This document shows positions 17,884-24,000 of a DNA stretch of 24,000 bases, in pieces. The stretch comes from Pseudomonadota bacterium (GTDB taxonomy: Bacteria; Myxococcota_A; UBA796; SXON01): assembly GCA_005778355.1 (NCBI GenBank), contig SXON01000226.1:18926-42925 (forward strand), written 5' to 3'. The notes under the pieces were generated by a model that had not been told where the DNA came from, did no database searches, and saw nothing but the letters and a program-made list of their open reading frames with translations. The translations under genes and the position numbers were made by a program. Numbering within the stretch: position 1 is the first letter of the stretch; the number at the start of each line of letters is the position of its first letter.

Positions 17884-19788
17884 ATGCGCTACAGCCCATT
17901 TCTCATCGGCCTGCTCGCTTGCTCCGACTTCAACCTCGAGGGCCTCGACAACAAAGACGCCAACACCGACGGCGACGACACCGCCTTCGACCCCGAGGAA
18001 GAAGACCTCGGCGCCTGTGACCCGGAGGAGTTCGAGCCCGAGTCGGTGGCGCTGTCGGACACCTGCCACTTCGACATCGGCGGCTTCGAGCCTGTGATTT
18101 CCTGGGAGGCCGAGGGCAATGCCTGCTCGCTCCCCGCAGTGGGCGACATCAACGGCGACGGCATGCCGGAAGTGGTGATCACCTGGGGCTGGTTGTTCGA
18201 GCCCTTCGGCGAGTTCGCCGCCTACTCGGGCGACGGGAGCGGTGAGCTGTGGCGAACCAGCGGCGCGAGCATCGGCTACGGCTCGGGCCCCACCCTCGCC
18301 GACCTCGATGGCGACGGGCAGGCCGAGATCCTCGGCGTGAAGCTCCACGAGTACAACCTCATCGCCAACAACCCCGTCAGCATCGTCATGTACGACAGCG
18401 AGGGCAACTTCCTGGCCGAGTCCGACACCTACTCCGACGGCGAGTTCGACCACGTCACCGGCATCGTCGTGTCCGACATGGATCACGACGGCCACGCGGA
18501 GATCATCGCAGGGCGCGTGATCCTCAACGACGACCTCACCGAGCGCGGCGTGGGTCGCGATGGCCGCGGCTGCGACAACTACTTCGGCGTGGGCGGGCTT
18601 TACGGGGAGGGCGCAACGCCCGCCGTGGCCGACATGGACCTCGACGGCGTGGAGGAGGTGATCGTCGGTAACGCCTTCTACGATCCCGATGGTTACTCGA
18701 TCATGGAGGTGCGCGGTGGGCCCGACGGTGCACCGGCGATCGGCAACTTCGACGGCGACGCCGAGGGCGAGTTCGTGCGCGCCACCTACAGCGAACTCGT
18801 CGCCTACGACACCGATGGCACCGAGATGTGGACCTACGCGCTGCCCGGCGGCGGCGGCGACAACTCGGGCATCATGTCGGTGCCCACCGTGGGCGACATC
18901 GACGGCGACGGCCTCCCCGAGGTCGTCGCGGCGCGGGCCAACAACATCTGGGCGGTGAACGGGGAAGACGGCTCGGTGCTGTGGAGCGCGCGGGTGACCG
19001 ACACCACCGGCGCCTCGGGCGCCTCGCTGTTTGACTTCGAGGGCGACGGCATCCAGGAGGTGGTGTACTTCGACGAGGTGGCGGTCTACGCCTTCGACGG
19101 CACCAACGGCGACGTGAAGTTCAAGTCCGACGAGCATGCGTCGGACACGATGTACGACTACCCGGTGATCGCCGACGTCGACGCCGACGGCCATGCCGAC
19201 GTTGTCGTGACCCACGACGGCAACTTTGCCGGCGGGGCAGGCTTCTCGGTGTACCGCGACGTGAAGAACTCCTGGGCACCGGCGCGATCGGTGTGGAACA
19301 TGCACGCCTACGACATCACCCACGTCAACGACGACCTGACGATCCCGACCACGGCGGTGCAGAACTTCAGCAGCTACAACAACTTCCACTCGGCGTTGGC
19401 GCTGGCCCCCGGCGAGGCCCTCGGCGACGAGCTGTCAGCCGAGATCCTGTCTACCTGCGAGGACGACTGCGACCGCGGCTGGTACCTCGTCACCGCGCGA
19501 GCGCAGAACACGGGCTCGGCCAACGTGGCGGCCGGGGTGTCGCTCTCGCTCTACGCGGAGATCGACGGCGCGCTGGTCAACCTCGCCACGGAAACCCTCA
19601 CCGACGCGGTGCCCTCGGGCATGACCTCGGAGGCGGTGATCTTCGCGGTGGAGTCCAGCGACATCGAAGACGCCGACGCGCTCTGGGTATACGTCGATGA
19701 CAACGGCAGCCGCACCGGCTTCGTGTCGGAGTGCGACGAGACCAACAACGGGGCGATGGTGAAAAAGCCCTTCTGCAGCAGCAAGTAG
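17884..19788 (+). CDS. Acidic lipoprotein with an 8-blade FG-GAP/VCBS (integrin-alpha-like) beta-propeller and a C-terminal CARDB-like domain
   Basis: MRYSPFLIGLLAC has a lipobox. There are eight DxDxDG calcium-loop repeats: VGDINGDGMPEVV, LADLDGDGQAEIL, VSDMDHDGHAEII, VADMDLDGVEEVIV, IGNFDGDAEGEFV, VGDIDGDGLPEVV, LFDFEGDGIQEVV, IADVDADGHADVV. The C-terminus (GWYLVTARAQNTGSANV...ECDETNNG) is typical of CARDB. Confidence 0.9.
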   Translation: MRYSPFLIGLLACSDFNLEGLDNKDANTDGDDTAFDPEEEDLGACDPEEFEPESVALSDTCHFDIGGFEPVISWEAEGNACSLPAVGDINGDGMPEVVITWGWLFEPFGEFAAYSGDGSGELWRTSGASIGYGSGPTLADLDGDGQAEILGVKLHEYNLIANNPVSIVMYDSEGNFLAESDTYSDGEFDHVTGIVVSDMDHDGHAEIIAGRVILNDDLTERGVGRDGRGCDNYFGVGGLYGEGATPAVADMDLDGVEEVIVGNAFYDPDGYSIMEVRGGPDGAPAIGNFDGDAEGEFVRATYSELVAYDTDGTEMWTYALPGGGGDNSGIMSVPTVGDIDGDGLPEVVAARANNIWAVNGEDGSVLWSARVTDTTGASGASLFDFEGDGIQEVVYFDEVAVYAFDGTNGDVKFKSDEHASDTMYDYPVIADVDADGHADVVVTHDGNFAGGAGFSVYRDVKNSWAPARSVWNMHAYDITHVNDDLTIPTTAVQNFSSYNNFHSALALAPGEALGDELSAEILSTCEDDCDRGWYLVTARAQNTGSANVAAGVSLSLYAEIDGALVNLATETLTDAVPSGMTSEAVIFAVESSDIEDADALWVYVDDNGSRTGFVSECDETNNGAMVKKPFCSSK

Positions 19789-20375
19789 TGCGACGAGGCT
19801 GGATCGTTGGCGCCGCGGTCGGGGCGCTTGCGTTAGCCGGGCTGTCGCGACAGGTCGCCTACGTGCCCGACGGCGAGATGGCGCCCAGCTACTTGCGGGG
19901 CGACCTGCTTCTGGTCTTGCCGCTCGAGCCCCGCGAGGGCGACGTGGTGGCCCTGCGCGACCCCCTCGACGCCTCGCGCTGGACACTAAGGCGCGTGGAG
20001 GGCATCGGCGGCGCCGCGCGCTACTCCTCGGCGGGCGTGCACACCTCGAACCGTCCCAAGTCGAGACTGCTCGACATGGGCGAGTTCGACGGGGAGGCGA
20101 TTCGCCTGGAGGGTGAACATCTCGTGTCGCGACGACTCGACGAGGTGACCCGCTACGAGCACGACGATGTCGGCATCCCCGACGACGCCGCATACCTCTC
20201 GGCCGACTCGCGGGACCGCGCGATCGACAGTCGCTGGTGGGGCCCGGTGCCGCTCGACGCGCTCGGGGGCGTGGTCGTCTTCCGGCTTGGCGCCCCGGCC
20301 ACGCCCTGGCGAGGCTGGACCGGCGGCCGGAGCGAGGGCGTGGTCATTCCGCAGTCCACCGAGGCGGCGGGCTAG
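19788..20375 (+). CDS. Signal peptidase I (S26 family) homologue with a substituted catalytic dyad; probably non-catalytic
   Basis: GTG 19788 overlaps the upstream TAG by 1 nt (TAGTG). The N-terminal TM is RRGWIVGAAVGALALAGL. Box B-like VPDGEMAPSYLRGDLLLV has Glu where the nucleophile Ser is expected. Box D-like TLRRVEGIGG has Arg where Lys is expected. Box E-like ADSRDRAIDSRWWGPVPLDALGGVV is present. Confidence 0.8.
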   Translation: MRRGWIVGAAVGALALAGLSRQVAYVPDGEMAPSYLRGDLLLVLPLEPREGDVVALRDPLDASRWTLRRVEGIGGAARYSSAGVHTSNRPKSRLLDMGEFDGEAIRLEGEHLVSRRLDEVTRYEHDDVGIPDDAAYLSADSRDRAIDSRWWGPVPLDALGGVVVFRLGAPATPWRGWTGGRSEGVVIPQSTEAAG

Positions 20376-20989
20376 TCCTTTTCCTGGTACGAATACCGCT
20401 CTTCCAACCAGGGGTCGGCGCGATTGTGGTACCCGCGCTCCTCCCAGAAGCCCCGGCGATCCGCGGGCAGGAACTCGAGCCCACACACCCACTTGGCGCT
20501 CTTCCACGCGTAGAGGTGGTGAACCACGAGGCGGATCGGTCCCCCGTGCTCGGGGGTGAGCGGCGCGCCGTCGTGTCGCAAGGCGAGGAGGTTGTCGTCC
20601 CTCGCGAAGTCGCCCATGGGCAGGTTCGTCGTGTAGTCGATGCTGTCGTAGCAGTGCACGAGCACGTGGGTAGCGGTGTCGCGCGGGCGCGCGAGGTCGA
20701 TCATCGTCTTGACCGACACCCCTTCCCAGAGGTTGTCGTAGCGCGACCACGTGGTGACGCAGTGAAAGTCACGGGTAACCGCGATCTTCGGCAGATCGTT
20801 GAGCTCGGCCCAGCTGAGCTTGACCGGGTTTTCCACGTCGCCCCACACCCGGAAACGCCAGGTGGCGGCATTGAAGTCGGGGATGGGTCCCTCGTGCAGC
20901 ACGGGGAAGCCCTTCACCAGCTTCTGGCCCGGGGGCAGGCGCTCTGTCGACCGTGCCTTCGCCTTGTCCTTGCCGGGTCGCCAGAGCAT
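20372..20989 (-). CDS. Small cytoplasmic sulfite-oxidase-family molybdopterin oxidoreductase (YuiH/MsrP catalytic-domain-like)
   Basis: The protein reads ...WRFRVWGDVENPVKLSWAELNDLPKIAVTRDFHCVTTWSRYDNLWEGVSV...LALRHDGAPLTPEHGGPIRLVVHHLYAWKSAKWVCGLEF...GFWEERGYH. The Cys ligand context HCVTTWS is retained. There is no twin-arginine signal. The ATG lies 1 nt after the upstream stop (TGAGATG). Confidence 0.88.
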   Translation of the reverse strand: MLWRPGKDKAKARSTERLPPGQKLVKGFPVLHEGPIPDFNAATWRFRVWGDVENPVKLSWAELNDLPKIAVTRDFHCVTTWSRYDNLWEGVSVKTMIDLARPRDTATHVLVHCYDSIDYTTNLPMGDFARDDNLLALRHDGAPLTPEHGGPIRLVVHHLYAWKSAKWVCGLEFLPADRRGFWEERGYHNRADPWLEERYSYQEKD

Positions 20990-20990
20990 C

Positions 20991-21776
20991 TCAGGCGCCC
21001 GTGAGCTGGAGGGTGGAGAAGCCGAAGCGCACCTTCAGGGTCATCTCGTCGTCGCTGATGTCGAGAGCCACGTCGTCGACGCCCATCTTCACGCGCAGGG
21101 GCCCACCGGCCGGCGCCACCATCTCCTCCACCTGGTCCTTGCGCAGGATGGGCACGGGGTTCACCTTGTCGACCTGGTCGTGGAGCAAGCGCTCCACCCC
21201 TCGCGACAACATCTGCAGCACGAAGGACTCGCCGAGATCCACCTCGACGTCTTGCAGGCGGCCGATGAGCGCGCGCTTCTCGCGGTCGTAGTGAATGTCG
21301 GCGAGCGCCGCCTCGGCGCCGATGCGCTTCTCGAGCACGAAGGGGATCTCGATGTTCTCGCGCAGCAAGTACACCTTGCCCGTCGCGACCGCCTTCACGT
21401 GCGCCTCGACGCCGAAACGCTGCGCCGCGTACTTGAAGTCCGAGCCGTCGCGGTCGACCATCACCTGCCAGTCGCCCTGCACCTTCACCAGCTCGTCGAC
21501 CACTCGCCACACCGTTTCCCGGCGGTTCTCCCACACCTTCACCGCGGCGTCCTTGCCGCGCACCACCACCGGCGGGAGCTGCACGTTGCGATCTTCCAGG
21601 AGCCCGCGCACCTTCTGCCGCACGCCGAGCTGCTTCACCCCCACGCGCACCTGTTGCACGAGGTCAAACGTGCCCTTTCCCACCTCGAAGGGGAGGCCCA
21701 CCCCGAACAGGTCGTTCCAGAGGGCCTTCCCGATGGTGAACTTCAGGTGGTAGCCGTCGCCAATCTGCTTGCTCAT
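20991..21776 (-). CDS. Hypothetical cytoplasmic protein (261 aa), translationally linked to the molybdoenzyme gene
   Basis: ATG start and good G/C3 bias. The composition is balanced rather than the Arg/Gly/Ala-rich shadow-ORF type. No motif recognised. Confidence 0.75.
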   Translation of the reverse strand: MSKQIGDGYHLKFTIGKALWNDLFGVGLPFEVGKGTFDLVQQVRVGVKQLGVRQKVRGLLEDRNVQLPPVVVRGKDAAVKVWENRRETVWRVVDELVKVQGDWQVMVDRDGSDFKYAAQRFGVEAHVKAVATGKVYLLRENIEIPFVLEKRIGAEAALADIHYDREKRALIGRLQDVEVDLGESFVLQMLSRGVERLLHDQVDKVNPVPILRKDQVEEMVAPAGGPLRVKMGVDDVALDISDDEMTLKVRFGFSTLQLTGA

Positions 21777-21848
21777 CCGCGCTCCGCGAGCGGGGAGTGT
21801 AGCAGGGGCGAGGCGCTCGCGGGCCCAACCCAGGTCGCGCCCGCCTGC

Positions 21849-22265
21849 CTAGAAGATCTCGTGCTGCGGGAACCAGTAGCCAATCTCGCGGACGGCGCTC
21901 GCGTCGCTGTCGGAGCCGTGCACCGCGTTCTCGCCCTTGCTGCGGGCGAAGAGCTTGCGCAGGGTGCCGTCGGCCGCCTGGGCGGGATCGGTCGCGCCCA
22001 TGAGCTCCTCCCGGTAGCGGAAACGAACGTTCTCGCCCTCGAGCACCATCAGCACCAGGGGGCCCGAGACCATGAAGGTGATGAGCTCGCCGAAGAACCC
22101 ACGCTCGCGGTGCTCGGCGTAGAAGCCCTCGGCCTCGCGGCGGGTGAGCTGCACCATCTTCATCGCCGCCACGCGCACGCCGCGCTCCTCGAGGTAGGCG
22201 ATGATCGCCCCGATCTTGTTGTCCTTGACGGCGTCGGGCTTGATGATGGCGAAGGTCTGGTTCAT
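21849..22265 (-). CDS. ndk: Nucleoside diphosphate kinase
   Basis: [48 protein letters not shown] and NAVHGSDS (active-site His) are all present. The length is 138 aa. Confidence 0.97.
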   Translation of the reverse strand: MNQTFAIIKPDAVKDNKIGAIIAYLEERGVRVAAMKMVQLTRREAEGFYAEHRERGFFGELITFMVSGPLVLMVLEGENVRFRYREELMGATDPAQAADGTLRKLFARSKGENAVHGSDSDASAVREIGYWFPQHEIF

Positions 22266-22313
22266 GGGGGTCTCCGGGAAGGGCCGGCTTCTATCGGAGC
22301 CCCCGCGTCGCGG

Positions 22314-23288
22314 CTACTCGCGCCAGGGCACCAGCTGCGTGAGCACCAGGGGCGCCGGGCTGGGGCAGGTGCCGCATCGAAGCGCGAGCAGGTAGGTGCC
22401 CTCGGCCTCGAAGCCGGTGAAGGCGCTCCCATCGCTGGCGTCGAGCAGGAGCGACAGGTCGGCGGTGGTGCCGCCTGCGTGCTCGAGGGTCCACGTGCGG
22501 TCGGCGAGCAGCTCGATGTCGAGGAACTGGGTCTCGAGGTCGGCCATCGTGAGCTCGGCGTAGTAGGCGAGCATCACCGAGGTGACCTTGGTATCGACCA
22601 GCTCGGTCGCCTGCCCGGTCTGCGTCGCGGCGGTCCAGTCGAGTGTCCACGGTCCCGACGGCAACACCGCAAGGGGCTTGAGCGAGGTGAGGTCCGCCTC
22701 GTAGTCGAGCACCGAGCAGCCATCGTCGAGAACGCCGCTGGTCGAGGTCTCGCTCGCGCTCGGCTCGAGGAAGCCGATCATCCGGGCGCCACTCCCCACG
22801 GTGGTGCCGCTGGTGAGCAACACAAGGAAGCTGCCGTTGCCTTCCTTGAACTCACCCTCGATCTCGGGGTCGGTCCCGAAGAAACTGAGGTCGGACAGCC
22901 GAAAGCTCGTGGCATCGCCCGGCTCGTAGGAGATGTATAGGCTCATGTCGGCCATGGCCAACGAGTCGGTTGACAACCCTGCTTCCACCTCCGTTTCAGT
23001 GAGGTAGCGGAACATCAGGAGCGCGACATTGTCGATGTCGGCCACGGGGTCGAGGTCGTGACACTGGAGGTCTTTGTCGAGGTCCGCGAAGTCGATGGTG
23101 GCGTCGGACTCGGCGGCCAGGGAGATCGTGGGCCCGTCGAGGCGACCGTCGAAGGCGTAGTTGTTGTCGTCACCCAGCGTGATCAGCCCCGAGGCGTCGG
23201 GAGGATCGATTGTTTGACCGACCTCCGCCGTCTCGGCCGTGTCGGCGCTACCCACTACACACCCGAGGATAAGGCTACTCGTCAGCAT
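22314..23288 (-). CDS. Hypothetical acidic lipoprotein
   Basis: MLTSSLILGC has a lipobox. The ATG overlaps the upstream ASST-like gene by 14 nt. G/C3 bias is coherent. No family recognised. Confidence 0.8.
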   Translation of the reverse strand: MLTSSLILGCVVGSADTAETAEVGQTIDPPDASGLITLGDDNNYAFDGRLDGPTISLAAESDATIDFADLDKDLQCHDLDPVADIDNVALLMFRYLTETEVEAGLSTDSLAMADMSLYISYEPGDATSFRLSDLSFFGTDPEIEGEFKEGNGSFLVLLTSGTTVGSGARMIGFLEPSASETSTSGVLDDGCSVLDYEADLTSLKPLAVLPSGPWTLDWTAATQTGQATELVDTKVTSVMLAYYAELTMADLETQFLDIELLADRTWTLEHAGGTTADLSLLLDASDGSAFTGFEAEGTYLLALRCGTCPSPAPLVLTQLVPWRE

Positions 23289-24000
23289 AGAAACTCTGGA
23301 AGGGTTGCACGAAGGTCATGGCCTGGCCGAGGTCGGCGTTGAGCTGCCACAGCAAGCCGCCGGCCTCGTCGACCAGCTGGATCTCGCCCGAGGTCGACCA
23401 GGTCACCTGCGTGCTCCCGTCGCCGAAGCGCTGCACGTCGCCCTTGGCGTACACGTAGACCGGCGGCACGCGGATGTACTCCCAGAGCTGTTCGGCATCG
23501 AGGGTGCCCTCGTCGAGCTCAAGCTCCACGGCGCGGGAGTAGCCCCGCTCCGTGGCGCCGTTGTCGAAGATGAGCATGTGCCCGGGCTCGAGGACCTCGA
23601 ACTGGTGTTGCATCGCGCCCACCTCGGTGCCCTCGGGGAAGTCGAACTGGTTGAGCATGCCGTTGAGGAACCAGTGCGTCTCGCCGGTCGACCGCGAGAT
23701 CTTCGCGATGCTGCCAATCTCCTTCATCGAGAGGTAGTAGCAGTCCTCGCTGGCCTCGTACTCGATGCCGTTGCTGTGGGTCCAGTTGGAGCGCCCCTCG
23801 AGACCAAGGCCCGCCGGGTCGATCGCGTCCCATGCGTTCCAGATGGTGCTCTCGTTGCCGAGGGTGTCCATCTCCACGAGTCTGTCCGCCGCCCAGGCGC
23901 GGCCGTCGTCCATGGTGCGCTGCTCCACCACGATGAGCCCGATGTTGCCGTTCGGCAGTTCCACGAGATCGTGGTCGAAGTACGGGGCGGGCACACCAAC
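23275..24000 (-). CDS. Arylsulfotransferase (ASST)-family beta-propeller protein, N-terminus beyond the right window edge
   Basis: The frame is open to nt 24000. YFDHDLVELPNGNIGL, SNWTHSNGIEY, HQFEVLEPGHMLIFDNG and YSRAVELELDE resemble the Arylsulfotran_2/ASST pattern. Confidence 0.8.
   Translation of the reverse strand, partial: VGVPAPYFDHDLVELPNGNIGLIVVEQRTMDDGRAWAADRLVEMDTLGNESTIWNAWDAIDPAGLGLEGRSNWTHSNGIEYEASEDCYYLSMKEIGSIAKISRSTGETHWFLNGMLNQFDFPEGTEVGAMQHQFEVLEPGHMLIFDNGATERGYSRAVELELDEGTLDAEQLWEYIRVPPVYVYAKGDVQRFGDGSTQVTWSTSGEIQLVDEAGGLLWQLNADLGQAMTFVQPFQSFYADE

Noticed and set aside
17869-19389. 506-aa minus-strand ORF antisense to the FG-GAP gene
   Set aside because: It is a shadow ORF with Val/Ala/Gly/His-rich composition and no motifs. 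The plus frame has eight regular DxDxDG repeats plus a lipobox.
19731-19787. ATG 19731 as the start of the signal-peptidase-like gene
   Set aside because: It would add MRRDQQRGDGEKALLQQQV and overlap the FG-GAP gene by 58 nt. GTG 19788 gives a typical short basic N-terminus followed by the TM helix and a TAGTG stop-start junction. I cannot exclude it without data.
21784-21822. Inverted repeat CCGCGAGCG ... CGCTCGCGG (9-bp stem, 21-nt loop) between ndk and the next gene, considered as an intrinsic terminator
   Set aside because: The loop is large, there is no U-tract after the stem on the transcribed (minus) strand, and the stem cannot be extended. It is not convincing as a terminator and could be chance in GC-rich DNA.
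20799-22940. 713-aa plus-strand ORF running antisense across four minus-strand genes including ndk
   Set aside because: ndk and the molybdoenzyme are unambiguous on the minus strand. The plus-frame product is a Leu/His/Ala/Gly/Arg-rich shadow translation.

Overview
The window is about 70% GC and very gene-dense. I call 20 protein-coding genes; the largest intergenic gap is about 72 bp. By eye I found no rRNA, tRNA, CRISPR array, transposase or integrase. All family assignments come from reading motifs in the supplied translations; no searches were run. Several motifs point to a Myxococcota chromosome, possibly a marine Nannocystineae-like lineage (inference): MYXO-CTERM-like tails, MopE-type CxxxDDDCDG motifs, PEGA-domain kinases, thrombospondin type-3 repeats and very acidic Cys-rich secreted proteins. 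Housekeeping content is limited to ndk, a YuiH/MsrP-like molybdoenzyme, a cytoplasmic PAS-PAS hybrid histidine kinase and a truncated GT-C glycosyltransferase. The rest is cell-envelope and secretome genes in three tight modules. (1) Plus strand, 2311-7855: lipoprotein, SMP-30/gluconolactonase-like propeller with a Cys-rich insert, a small cytoplasmic-looking protein, and a large surface-tagged peptidoglycan amidase. (2) Minus strand, 14962-7783: a Ser/Thr kinase with a periplasmic PEGA domain, a TPR-3xPEGA-TonB-dependent-receptor-like barrel, a beta-barrel/OmpA protein, and an 11-repeat TSP3 protein with a MYXO-CTERM-like tail. (3) Plus strand, 17581-20375: a small 8-Cys lipoprotein, an 8-blade FG-GAP/CARDB lipoprotein, and a signal-peptidase-I homologue lacking the Ser/Lys dyad. 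Module 2 is my best candidate for an undescribed system. It pairs matched PEGA modules on an inner-membrane kinase and an outer-membrane barrel. The barrel gene has no canonical start codon for its signal peptide and lies in frame behind the kinase, separated by a single TGA. It is followed by a TraA/TraB-like receptor pair in which the domains are distributed differently.
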